DNA from: Desulfomonilia bacterium
GTDB lineage: Bacteria; Desulfobacterota; Desulfomonilia; UBA1062
Direction of reading: 5' to 3'
Assembly: GCA_963664325.2 (NCBI GenBank)
Contig: CAXXDQ010000003.1
Coordinates: forward strand, 480,001 to 544,000
DNA length: 64,000 nt
Below the pieces are notes generated by a model. That model was not told the DNA's origin, ran no database searches, and worked only from the letters and a program-made list of their open reading frames with translations. The position numbers and the translations under genes are program-made. Below, piece by piece: positions 52,017 through 63,000 of this stretch (the stretch's first letter is position 1; each line of letters begins with the position of its first letter).

Positions 52017-52889
52017 TCAATCTTCTAAAGAAAGCTTCCAGAAGCCGTTTTCAAGGATGGCTCTAGACGGTTCGCCGGGCCGTGGCGGTTGTTTAAGTGC
52101 GGCGTCTGAATATCCCGGGTCATACGGCAGCCTGACACCGGTGATTGTTTCTTCGGTAAATACTTCGGGCTGGATTGAGGGGATATCCTTCGTTGCTGCA
52201 TAAACGAAAAGCTCATTTATCGTACCGAAAGAGGAAAGTTCCCTGAGAGTCATGAGCGTTGGCGGCATAAGCAGTATTTCACGTTGCCCGCTGAGCCCGA
52301 TAGCCTCATGGGGATTCATCCATTCTGCGCTTGTGAGCTCTTTATTGTCATGGAGGGCTTCCTGGCCGGAGGGGAAGCGGGCAAGGAAAAACCATGTGTC
52401 AAACCGTGTCTTCATAATTGCAGGCGTTATCCAGTGAGCGAAGGGGGTGAGGTCTTCAGGCGTGAAGATAAGACCTTCTTTTTGAGCCATTTCAGCAAGC
52501 GTGATTTTCCCGTCATGTATGTCCTTGCGATATTCTTTGAAGCGGCTTGATGCAGGTTCAACGGACAAGTTGAGCGTTCCGCCGAAAGCGTTTTTCGCAA
52601 GCAAGATGGAAGACTCCTCGAAAAGTTCGCGGATTGCGGCAAAGAAAAAACCGGATGCAGTTCTTTCATCCATATCATCAGTTTTCAGCATCGCTTTTGC
52701 CTTATTCCCGTTAAACTCCCTGCAAAAGCTCATAAGCACTTCATCTTTATCCGTTTCTTCTACAGCACCGCCAGGATAAACCGTGGCCTTGGCTATGAAA
52801 GAGTCATGCGTGCTTCTTTTCATGAGCAGGGTTTCCATCGGCTCCCTTATTACAATTACTGTGGATGCTTTCCTGGGCTCGGCAACCAT
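52017..52889 (-). CDS. NUDIX hydrolase (Nudt19-like)
   Basis: PGG.VE, AAIRELFEE, HWITP and RFDTWFF motifs. Confidence 0.85.
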   Translation of the reverse strand: MVAEPRKASTVIVIREPMETLLMKRSTHDSFIAKATVYPGGAVEETDKDEVLMSFCREFNGNKAKAMLKTDDMDERTASGFFFAAIRELFEESSILLAKNAFGGTLNLSVEPASSRFKEYRKDIHDGKITLAEMAQKEGLIFTPEDLTPFAHWITPAIMKTRFDTWFFLARFPSGQEALHDNKELTSAEWMNPHEAIGLSGQREILLMPPTLMTLRELSSFGTINELFVYAATKDIPSIQPEVFTEETITGVRLPYDPGYSDAALKQPPRPGEPSRAILENGFWKLSLED

Positions 52890-52892
52890 AAC

Positions 52893-53552
52893 CTACAGTT
52901 CTCCATCGTGTTCTTTCAGAAAGCGCTCGAAAAAAGCCTCCATAAAGGCATGCCGGCCTTCAGCCATCCGCCGCCCTTCTGCCGTGAGCATCTTTTCATG
53001 TATCTTTGATAGCTTGACGACGTATTCCCGGTAGCCCGTGTCATCTTTTGTGTAAGGCAGCGTATCATAAGGGTCGACATGCGGATTATGGAGCACAGCA
53101 CCTATCTCGCCTGCAAACAGGAAGTCCCTTGCAATGCCTACGGCGCCTATTGCGTCGAGCTTGTCGGCGTCGAACAAGACTTTAGCCTCGATGGTCTCCG
53201 GCTCGTGGCTGTTCCTGTAACGATGGCATAGTACCGAGTGGACGATGTTGTCTTTTTTCTCCTTGGCGATGTCATAATTTTCAAGGACCTTTGCAGCTAT
53301 CCCGGCACCGACTTCAGCGTGGCAGATCTCGCCTTTTGCATTGTCCTGTGAGGCCCTGCCGATGTCATGCAGATAAGCTGCTATTGCAAGCACATCGAGG
53401 TCTGCGCCTTCGATTACGCCGATGTGCATGCAGAGCTTATAGACCCGCTCGGTATGATCCCAGTTATGGCTGTGTTTTGCTTCTCTGAAGGCCTTTTCAC
53501 AGTGGAGGCGGATGCCGTTTATTATTTCTTTCATGTCAATCTTCGCTAGCAT
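52893..53552 (-). CDS. HD-domain phosphohydrolase
   Basis: H..H..RV, LHDIGR and DADKLDAIGA motifs. Confidence 0.9.
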   Translation of the reverse strand: MLAKIDMKEIINGIRLHCEKAFREAKHSHNWDHTERVYKLCMHIGVIEGADLDVLAIAAYLHDIGRASQDNAKGEICHAEVGAGIAAKVLENYDIAKEKKDNIVHSVLCHRYRNSHEPETIEAKVLFDADKLDAIGAVGIARDFLFAGEIGAVLHNPHVDPYDTLPYTKDDTGYREYVVKLSKIHEKMLTAEGRRMAEGRHAFMEAFFERFLKEHDGEL

Positions 53553-53871
53553 AGAAGGCGATCTTCCACAAGCACGGGAGGTTATGGTATCGCATGTCCC
53601 GGTCTTGGCGCGACAGTTATTTTATTCAAAGTGAAGATGGTGCACCAGGGTCGCGGCTGTTACTTGAAAACCGGGAGTGATCTGAATAAAAGGTATGCGG
53701 AATCATGGCCCGATATTGATTGAAAGCAGTATTTCAGTTCAAGGAATATCCGGTCCGTTTCTCACCGTATCATTGGCTATGCAGCAGAGGATATTCACAC
53801 CGGCTTCCTCCTCAGTAATGCTTTTTCAAATGTTTCCGATAAGTTCGTCATAACCATTTTGGAGGCATGCT

Positions 53872-54954
53872 ATGAAAAAGATTACTTTTACAAGGATATT
53901 ATCCGTATTTACATGTATATTGTTTATGAGTATGTCAGGCTGCGGCGGTGGCGGTGGCGGCGGCGGAAGCAGTGACAGCAGCCCGAGCAGCGGGACCCCT
54001 GAACTGCTCAGCACATTTGGTGATGATGTAGCCGCATGCACACCCCAAATCCAGAGTAGAGGTAAAACCATTCCCGGGGCCGAGGGCGTAGGTACCATAA
54101 CAGATTGGACCGGATGGGATGTGACTCAAGAGAACACCATTTTCTATAATCTGTTCACTACCGATTGCATCGAAGGCCTATTCGATCCGATAGATAAAGC
54201 GGACATGTTCATCACGATCATCAACAGCTTCAGTGATTACTGGCAGACAAGCGGCGAATACAATGACGTCATACTGCCAATATTCAATACAACGGCAAAC
54301 CTGACGGTAGATACGAGCGTAAACAGTGTGAACATCCCGTTCTTCGGAGGCAATCAGGCTGTCGACCGGCTTATAACGGTTGAAGGTACGCTTGACGGGC
54401 TGACAGGCTTTGAAGCCCAGATGGCTTTCACCACGAGTGCTGACGGAGAGGCTATTGTTGTGTGGACACACTTTCCCGGCAAAGGTGAAACAAGCATGTT
54501 CTTCGGGAGAAAGGATGCTGCAGGCGAGATGGATGCATGGGCCGCATGCTTTGTTGACCAGGAAACACCGGACACCTCTGATGACTTCCAAATGGCTCTA
54601 AAATGGAAGGGCAATCCCAGCGAGAAACAGTTTGCAGTAACCCAGTATAAAAGCGGCGGCATCACTGCCCAGATACTGGCCGGGGGTTCTCCGGAAAGCG
54701 ACATGGCTTTCCTGGCCAAACTTGACAGTGCTGACGATGTCGCAGCAAACGGCGATCCGTATTACCTTGTCTGCACCAATGAAGACATTACTGAAAATAC
54801 ATTGCCTCACCCTGATATAGTCAACGGGACATTAACGCCTCCGTATGAGGTTGATAATGATGTACTCAAATATATTGAAAATGGTAATGACTACTGTCTC
54901 GGTTATCTCACTTCATACCCGGAACAGGCATCTGATGTGCAAGCCCTGAATTAG
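53872..54954 (+). CDS. Hypothetical lipoprotein with poly-Gly linker
   Basis: MSGC lipobox followed by G8; GGAGG RBS. Confidence 0.8.
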   Translation: MKKITFTRILSVFTCILFMSMSGCGGGGGGGGSSDSSPSSGTPELLSTFGDDVAACTPQIQSRGKTIPGAEGVGTITDWTGWDVTQENTIFYNLFTTDCIEGLFDPIDKADMFITIINSFSDYWQTSGEYNDVILPIFNTTANLTVDTSVNSVNIPFFGGNQAVDRLITVEGTLDGLTGFEAQMAFTTSADGEAIVVWTHFPGKGETSMFFGRKDAAGEMDAWAACFVDQETPDTSDDFQMALKWKGNPSEKQFAVTQYKSGGITAQILAGGSPESDMAFLAKLDSADDVAANGDPYYLVCTNEDITENTLPHPDIVNGTLTPPYEVDNDVLKYIENGNDYCLGYLTSYPEQASDVQALN

Positions 54955-54997
54955 CTCTTTCTCTCGGTCGGGCATAGGACAATCCTTTTCGATCCGA

Positions 54998-55040
54998 AAT
55001 GGGCGAGATCGGCATTTATGCTGATCTCGCCCATTGATTT
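54998..55040 (+). terminator. Long hairpin terminator
   Basis: AATGGGCGAGATCGGCAT/ATGCTGATCTCGCCCATT. Confidence 0.7.
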
Positions 55041-55405
55041 CAATATCTGGTCTTTTCTCCGGCCAGCCTTACATAAGCACCTTAAGAAAATACTGTGAAA
55101 GGACTGAGTAAGGATCATAAGCAGAACAGTTATAATCGCCTGTACTCTTTTTTCACCGGCACCGAATGATATGTTTCCATGTCCTTGTGTAATCCTGCTC
55201 CTGGGGCATCCCTGTAAATTACAAGCTCGTGTTTCCTGGCGACGCCTTCTTCCCTGGCTTTACTGGATTTTTCAACCAGTTCATTACGTTCTTTTCTGTT
55301 CCCGGCGTTTTCCATGAATATGCCTGCAAAGCCCGGGGTCCTGGACTTTTTTCGTGGAGCTCTTTGTCGGTCTTGAAAACGGCGTTATCTCTCATGTTAA
55401 TTGCG

Positions 55406-56173
55406 CTATTTCAATTTCCCGATGAAAAGCCTTGTTTCATATTCGAACATGACATGATTGTCTTGCGAATGCATCTCGAACAATGCTTTCAATCCGGCCA
55501 TCAGGGAACCATATCGGGGATTGTCAGGAGTTGGCGTATATGATGAAGAGAGCATTCTTCCCGCAAGGCCTTCAAAGTCAAAGCGCTGAACATTATAGAA
55601 TATGAATAACTTGAAGGAGTCATTACCAAAGAACTTTCTGATCACCGTATCATCTATATTCCTATGATTGGCTGAACCGTATTCGGGCACATATTTTTCC
55701 AGGAGCCGGTCATAGGCATTTTGAAAAGGTGAATCCGTTTTTCTCTGGTTCCAGATAAGGGCTGAAAAACCATCCGGTTTAAGAATCCGTCGGAATTCCT
55801 GCCTGCAGATATCCAGGTCAAACCAGTGGAAGGACTGCGCAGCGGTGATAAGGTCTATTGATCGGGCATCCAGACCTGTATTCTCAGCCGTACCGGAAAT
55901 GCTTTCAAAAAGCTTGTTTCCGTTGAACCTGTCTTCTGCGGCAAGCCTCATTTCATTGTTGGGTTCAACCGCAAAGACCCTTAATCCTGCATTTATCAGA
56001 AGAGCCGTAAATATTCCGGTTCCCGATCCGATATCTGCAATCAAGGAATTTTTATCAATGCGGCAGTTTAATATCAATGTATCGATGGCTTCTGTCGGGT
56101 AAGATGGTCGATACTTAACGTAATTTTCTACACGGTTGGAGAACCTTTCTGTCGGATAATTTCCTGTCTTCAT
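55406..56173 (-). CDS. Class I SAM-dependent methyltransferase
   Basis: YRPSYP, DIGSGTG, VEPN and AQSFHWFD motifs. Confidence 0.9.
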   Translation of the reverse strand: MKTGNYPTERFSNRVENYVKYRPSYPTEAIDTLILNCRIDKNSLIADIGSGTGIFTALLINAGLRVFAVEPNNEMRLAAEDRFNGNKLFESISGTAENTGLDARSIDLITAAQSFHWFDLDICRQEFRRILKPDGFSALIWNQRKTDSPFQNAYDRLLEKYVPEYGSANHRNIDDTVIRKFFGNDSFKLFIFYNVQRFDFEGLAGRMLSSSYTPTPDNPRYGSLMAGLKALFEMHSQDNHVMFEYETRLFIGKLK

Positions 56174-56367
56174 ATCACACCTTACTTTTCTCGGAGTAAT
56201 AACCATGTGAAATAAACCTGTAAAGCAGTATCTTTTACAATTTTTGAGGGATATGTCCTGCGGATTTTCTTGAAGCCTTAAGTTACCTGTTATTTAAATT
56301 TCTTGACAGTGATTTACCGCATATTATACGCATTCGGCTATTATTCTTGCAGTACCGGAGGCATAAA

Positions 56368-57570
56368 ATGTGGAGAGACAAGGGAAAAACATTCGGTAAG
56401 ATGTCAACACGAGCAGTTCACGCAGGAGAGGGGAGACTCAAATATGCGGATTCCCTGACCACGCCGATTGTCCAGACTTCGACATTTACATTCAAGGACA
56501 GCAAGGAAATTCAGGCTTATACAAAAGAAAAGAAGGAAAGGTTCGAGTACGGCAGATACGGCAATCCAACAGAGAAGATCGCCGAAAACAGGCTGGCCGA
56601 TCTGGAGGGAGCAGAAGATTGTGTTGTTTTTTCTTCTGGTATGATGGCGATAACGACCACCATACTTTCACTTGTCCATACAGGTGATCATATCATCATG
56701 ACGGATGACTGCTACAAGAAAACTCTTGAATTCTGCAATAAGTATCTCAAGCGCTTCGGCATAGAGTGTACAATAGTGCCCTTCGGTGACTATGAAGCAC
56801 TCGAAAATGCCATAAAGGTAAATACCCGGTTCATATTCTCTGAATCGCCTACAAATCCTTATCTCAACGTGTTCGATCTCGAAAAGTTCAGGGACATCTG
56901 CAAAAGGCACGACCTGATATCAATAATAGACAGCACTTTCGCGACGCCTTACAATCAGAGACCGATCGAATTCGGCATTGACCTGGTGATACAGAGCGCG
57001 ACGAAATACCTGGCCGGCCACAACGACATCCTGGCAGGCGCCGTTCTTGGTTCAAAAGAGCAGCTTGACAAAATCCGGGCACTCCACAAATCAATGGGGG
57101 GGCTTATAGATCCTCATTGCTGCTACCTGCTGCTCAGGGGATTGAAGACTTTCCCGCTCAGGGTCAGATACCAGAATGAAAGCGCTTTGAAGGTCGCTGA
57201 ATTCCTTGAATCTCACAACCTCGTCCAGAAGGTATATTATCCGTTTCTGCCCAGCCACCGGCATTATTCCATAGCCAAAGCACAGATGACAGGCGGCGGA
57301 GGCGTAGTGTCGTTCGATATCAAGGGTGACCTCGATACAGCGAAACGCTTCATGGATGCTCTTGAAATGATCTATATAGCTCCAAGTCTGGGCGGCGTCG
57401 AAACGCTGATTACACATCCTGCGATCGTCAGTTATTATGATTATTCCAGGGATGAGCGCTACGAGCTTGGCATAACTGATACCCTGTTCAGGCTCGCCGT
57501 AGGCATCGAAGACACAGACGATATCATCCGTGATCTTGAAAACGCTCTGAGCAAGACAAAAGGGTTATGA
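56368..57570 (+). CDS. Cys/Met-metabolism PLP enzyme (cystathionine gamma-synthase-like)
   Basis: YGRYGNPT, ESPTNP, SATKYLAGH and SLGGVE motifs. Confidence 0.92.
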   Translation: MWRDKGKTFGKMSTRAVHAGEGRLKYADSLTTPIVQTSTFTFKDSKEIQAYTKEKKERFEYGRYGNPTEKIAENRLADLEGAEDCVVFSSGMMAITTTILSLVHTGDHIIMTDDCYKKTLEFCNKYLKRFGIECTIVPFGDYEALENAIKVNTRFIFSESPTNPYLNVFDLEKFRDICKRHDLISIIDSTFATPYNQRPIEFGIDLVIQSATKYLAGHNDILAGAVLGSKEQLDKIRALHKSMGGLIDPHCCYLLLRGLKTFPLRVRYQNESALKVAEFLESHNLVQKVYYPFLPSHRHYSIAKAQMTGGGGVVSFDIKGDLDTAKRFMDALEMIYIAPSLGGVETLITHPAIVSYYDYSRDERYELGITDTLFRLAVGIEDTDDIIRDLENALSKTKGL

Positions 57571-57750
57571 CAGGCATAGCCCCGTCGGCGGTGCAACCCG
57601 GTCTTTCTTGAGGCTGCCATGATTGTATGCCGGATTCTAATGCGGATAATGCCGGCGAAAGAATAAAACTCTTTTATATGATGGTATATTTGTGCAATAA
57701 TTTGGAGGATTATCATTTCGTGATTATAAATAAATTCTGAGGAGTTGCTT

Positions 57751-59080
57751 ATGTCCAGGGCAAAAATGAGTAATCGTGATCTAATAACATTGATAATGTT
57801 GTTTTTAATGACAACAATTCTCTATGCGGACCAGAGCATCATGTCGGCAATTATTCCTGAACTCTCAAAGACATTTGGTGTCCGATGAAGGCACTCTAGG
57901 TTATGTAGGTTCAGCATTTGTCATCGTAGGTGCAATAATGAGTCTTACCTTCGGTTATCTTGCAGACAAGAAATCACGCAAGATGCTTTTTGTTTTGGCA
58001 ATATTAGTTGGAGAAGTTCCCTGCATATTAACAGGCATAAAATATTTTACACCGGATATATACTGGTTCACTGGTCTCAGAGTGCTTTCAGGAATAGGGT
58101 TAGGCGCATTGTTCCCTCTTACTCATTCTGTTTTGGCAGATTACTTTACTGAAGAACACAGAGCATTTGCCGCCGCATGGATGGGTGCTGCCTGGGGGAT
58201 TGGAAGCACAATTGGAGTTGCTGTTGCGGGTTACCTGACAAATATGGATCTCTTCGGACTTGGCTGGAGAATTTCTTTTATTCTGATTGGCGTTCCGAAC
58301 ATACCTCTTGTTCTTGCATTCTGGGCATACGCAAAAGAACCCGAAAAAGGCAGGGCTGAGGATGCCTTGGAGGAGCTTAATCAGGAAGGAGTGGTGTACA
58401 AACAGACAATAAAATGGAGCGACTTCAAGATCATTGCTTCAAACAAAACCAACATATTCACAATGATTCAGGGTATTCCCGGCTCCATTCCCTGGGGTAT
58501 CTTTGCATATTGGCCTGATCACGTATTTCAGGACAGTCCGAGGTGTTTCTCAGGAAATGGCTACCACTATTTTTCTGGTTTTAGGTATTGGAAGCACTCT
58601 GGGTGGTGTATTCTGGGCTTACATCGGTGATAAGCTGTACAAAAAAGATCCAAGGTATATGCCGATTTTATGTGGAGTAGTTGTACTTTTAGGAATTGTT
58701 CCAACAGGAATCATACTTAATGTGCCGATTGAGCAATAATGTATATATGATATTCGGTTTCCTTACAGGATTTATTGTTTCCGTTGCTGCTGCCCAATTA
58801 TAAAGCAATTCTCATGAATGTTAACAGACCAGAGAACAGGGGAAGCGTTTTTGCTGTTTCAAATATCGTTGCCGACAACATAGGAATGGGACTTGGACCA
58901 ATGGTCGGAGGGCTTCTTCTGTCCCAAGGCTATCAGTTCATGATGAATTTTGCTATATCCTGGTGGATACCTTGCGGCCTGCTTTTCCTGATGGCAGCAA
59001 AATATATTACTAGGGACAGGGATGTTCTTCAGGCTTATCTGACAGAGCAGGCAAAGTTTATGGAGAAAGAGAAGGCATAG
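57751..59080 (+). pseudogene. MFS transporter disrupted by four +1 frameshifts (pseudogene or sequence error)
   Basis: ATG 57751 with GAGGAG RBS. Removing one base at about 57882, 58514, 58725-58734 and 58793 gives a continuous 441-aa MFS (ADQ, GYLADKKSRK, NRPENRG). Confidence 0.8.
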
Positions 59081-59089
59081 TGCAACAGT

Positions 59090-59115
59090 CGCCGCAGGGG
59101 TTTAAACCTGCGGCG
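59090..59115. terminator. Hairpin between convergent genes
   Basis: CGCCGCAGG/CCTGCGGCG stem. Confidence 0.65.
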
Positions 59116-59117
59116 GT

Positions 59118-59771
59118 CTATCTTGATTTAGTTACACCGATTCTATTGCAATAACCCGTTATTTTACATTTTGAACAGAACGGGCTAACCGGCAAACACA
59201 GATTCTGGCCGTAGGGCACAAGCAGGTTATTAATTTCCTTCCAGTGTTTTTTAGGGAGTTTTTTTCTAAGGGCCATTTCTGTTTCATCTGGATTTTTAGT
59301 CTTAACATATCCCCAGCGGTTCGTAATTCTGTGGACATGAGTATCAACACAAATTCCCATTTTATCAAAACCGAGGATCAGTACAAGGTTTGCAGTTTTT
59401 CTTCCCACACCAGGAAGATTCAATAACTCATCAAGATTGTCAGGTACCCTGCCGCAATATTTGACTAATATTGTCAGTGAGGTTTCTATAATATTTCTGG
59501 CCTTGGTGTGATAAAAACCTACAGGAAATATAGCCTTTTCAATTTTATCAACAGGTACTCCAATCATTTTATCAGGGCTGCCTGCAATTGAAAAGAGTCT
59601 GTCGGCAGCTTCATGCGTTGTTGAGTCTTTTGTTCTGAGGCTCAGGATTGTTGATATAAGGACTTTATAAGGGTCATGTTCTCTGGCAACTATTCCCACG
59701 ATAGGCTCCTGCCAGAATGATATCTCTTTTCTGAGTATGCTGAAAACTTTACTGATATTCGAGTTATGCAT
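59118..59771 (-). CDS. nth: Endonuclease III
   Basis: HhH motif LPGVGRKTAN, VDTHV and 4Fe-4S CxxxxxxCxxCxxxxxC. Confidence 0.93.
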   Translation of the reverse strand: MHNSNISKVFSILRKEISFWQEPIVGIVAREHDPYKVLISTILSLRTKDSTTHEAADRLFSIAGSPDKMIGVPVDKIEKAIFPVGFYHTKARNIIETSLTILVKYCGRVPDNLDELLNLPGVGRKTANLVLILGFDKMGICVDTHVHRITNRWGYVKTKNPDETEMALRKKLPKKHWKEINNLLVPYGQNLCLPVSPFCSKCKITGYCNRIGVTKSR

Positions 59772-59947
59772 AAAAATATTTTACCGATATTCCCAATAAG
59801 GCTCAATCAATTATTATTTTTTACAAGATGAAATTAAATTCAGAGACATAGGAAAAAAATTTCCGTATAAATCCTGAATCATGTTAAATTAAACACTATC
59901 AATCTTAATAACCGATTGATATTAAATTAACAATTTAATATAAGTAA

Positions 59948-59964
59948 TAGGCATGGTTCATGCA
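59948..59964 (+). promoter_or_regulatory. Candidate sigma54 (-24/-12) promoter
   Basis: TAGGCATGGTTCATGCA has GG-N10-GC spacing, in AT-rich DNA about 70 nt before ATG 60036. Confidence 0.5.
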
Positions 59965-60035
59965 AATAAATATAGTTTAATAAATCATAAAATATTTTAT
60001 ATTGATTCAAACTAACCGGATTACGGGGGACGCGA

Positions 60036-63000
60036 ATGATGGAATATATTTATTCAAAAGATTCAATCAGCAAAGGGCCTGAACTTAATATTCTTCCTTA
60101 TTTTGCAAACACCCTTCCTGAGCTTTTGAAAAATGCAATTACAGTAGGCGTCAACAAGGGGATTATTTTTGTTGAAGCCGACGGGTCCGAAACGACATTA
60201 CTCTATAAAGACCTGCTGGAAGAAGCGTCCAGAGTATTAACCGGTCTCAGGTCAAACGGGATGAAGGCCGGGGACAATGTTGTGATACAGGTTGACAATG
60301 ACAGGTATTTCCTTCTGGCCTTTTGGGGCATTGTTCTGGGAGGCGGTATACCTGTTCCACTTGCAATTCCAAACAGTTTTCCAATAAGTGAAGGTTCTGA
60401 AAAGGTTGCGAGCGTCTGTTCTCTGCTCAGGAATGCTTTTATTGTTACGGACCAGGACCCGTCGGGATACAGGGATGTTGTTTCAAGGGCAGTGCTGATT
60501 GTCAGCGATCTTGCAGACAATGAACCTGACAGGAATTATAATGATCCTGATCCTGATGATATCGCATATGTGCAGTTTTCTTCGGGATCGACAGGCGATG
60601 CCAAGGGGGTTATACTCACTCACAGGAATATACTTGTCAACATTTATGCAATAATAGAGGCATCAGGCAATCCGGAACAGCTAAGAATAAGAGACGAGCT
60701 GCTGGGCAAACCGTTAGAGGCGACTGACATACCATACAGCACATGCAGCTGGCTGCCCTATTCCCATGATATGGGGCTGATCGGTTTTCATCTTACACCG
60801 ATGGCCGGAAGCATCATGCAGATCAAGATGTCCACGACCACTTTTGTTATCAATCCGACATTAAACCTTCTTCTGATTGACAAATACAGGATAACACAGA
60901 TACCGAGTCCCAATTTCGGTCTGCTGTGGATGCTGTACATGATTAAAGATGAAAGCATAAAGGGCATCGACCTTTCATGTGTTGACGCTCTTTTTAACGG
61001 TGCTGAACCTATTTCCCCGATGGCTGTGAGGCTGTTTATCGACAGGTTCAGGCAATACGGATTCAACCCCAAGTCCATGTTCCCCGTTTACGGAATGGCC
61101 GAAGCGTCACTATTGGTTACCGCACCGCCAAGGAATAGTGAAACTTTATATCACATGCTGGACAGGGGATCCTTCACTGAAAATCATGTTGCCGTTGATG
61201 CAAAGACAGACCTTCCAGTCATCGAATTTGTTGATGAAGGTTACCCTGCAATGGGGATGGAGCTGAGAATTGTCGATAGCGAAGATAATGTGGTCAATGA
61301 AGGAAAAGTTGGTCATATACAAATCAAGGGACCGAATGTAACCAGCGGCTATTACAAAAAAGAAGAATTGAATTCGGAGCTGTTTTGTGACGGATGGCTC
61401 AGGACCGGAGACCTTGGATTCCTTTTAAATGATAGGCTGACTGTTACGGGCCGTCATAAGGATGTTATATTTGTCAACGGTCAAAATTATTATTCACATG
61501 ACATCGAAGAAGAGCTTCAGCAGTTACCATTTGTGGGTTTTAAAAATATGGCTGTTTGCGGGGTTACGGACCATGACAGAGGCACTGAAAATATAGTGCT
61601 TTTCATTAAGACTAAAAAATCCAAGGAAAGCCTGATTGAATTGCTTGAAAAGATTAACAAGCATCTCGGAGTAAAGATCCGGGTGGGAATTGAAGCCATT
61701 GTTCCGATGCATGACATACCAAGGACAACCAGCGGCAAGGTCCAGAGATTTATATTAAGGGAAAAATATGAGGCCGGAGGTTTCAGAGACAGGGAAATCA
61801 AAAGACTGGATCAACGTATATCTCCTTACAGTGACCAGAGGACAGAACGCAAACATTCGAATCTTTCGATCAGCAAAGGGCCTGAACTTAATATTCTTCC
61901 TTTTTTTGCAAACACCCTTCCTGAGCTTTTGAAAAATGCGATCACAGTAGGCGTCAACAAGGGGATTATTTTTGTTGAAGCCGACGGGTCCGAAACGATA
62001 TTACTCTATAAAGACCTGCTGGAAGAAGCGTCCAGAGTATTAACCGGTCTCAGGTCAAACGGGATGAAGGCCGGGGACAAGGTTGTGATACAGGTTGACA
62101 ATGACAGGTATTTCCTTCTGGCCTTTTGGGGCATTGTTCTGGGAGGCGGTATACCTGTTCCACTTGCAATTCCAAACAGTTTTCCAATAAGTGAAGGTTC
62201 TGAAAAGGTTGCGAGCGTCTGTTCTCTGCTCAGGAATGCTTTTATTGTTACGGACCAGGACCCGTCGGGATACAGGGATGTTGTTTCAAGGGCAGTGCTG
62301 ATTGTCAGTGATCTTGCAGACAATGAACCTGACAGGAATTATAATGATCCTGATCCTGATGATATCGCATATGTGCAGTTTTCTTCGGGATCGACAGGCG
62401 ATGCCAAGGGGGTTATACTCACTCACAGGAATATACTTGTCAACCTTTACGCAATAGTGGAGGCATCTGGCAATCCGGAACAGCTAAGAATAAGAGACGA
62501 GCTGCTGGGCAAACCGTTAGAGGCGACTGACATACCATACAGCACATGCAGCTGGCTGCCCTATTCCCATGATATGGGGCTGATCGGTTTTCATCTTACA
62601 CCGATGGCCGGGAGCATGTTGCAGATCAAGATGTCCACGACCACTTTTGTTATCAATCCGACATTAAACCTTCTTCTGATTGACAAATACAGGATAACAC
62701 AGATACCGAGTCCCAATTTCGGTCTGCTGTGGATGCTGTACATGATTAAGGATGAAAGCATAAAGGGCATCGACCTTTCATGTATCGATATTCTTTTTAA
62801 CGGTGCTGAACCTATTTCCCCGATGGCTGTGAGGCTGTTTATCGACAGGTTCAGGCAATACGGATTCAACCCCAAGTCCATGTTCCCCGTTTACGGAATG
62901 GCCGAAGCGTCACTGATGATTACCGCACCGCCAAGGAATACTGAAACTGTGTATCATCTGCTGGACAGGGAGTCATTTTCAAAAAAGCATATAGCGGTTA

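Noticed and set aside
53941-53967. GGC/GGT trinucleotide run
   Set aside because: Encodes the poly-Gly linker after the lipobox, which is a common feature.
55130-55396. Short minus-strand ORFs downstream of the methyltransferase
   Set aside because: No recognisable motif or clear RBS. It may be a gene fragment, but I cannot support that.
57886-57888. TGA as selenocysteine or readthrough in the MFS gene
   Set aside because: The protein continues in a different frame, so this is a frameshift.
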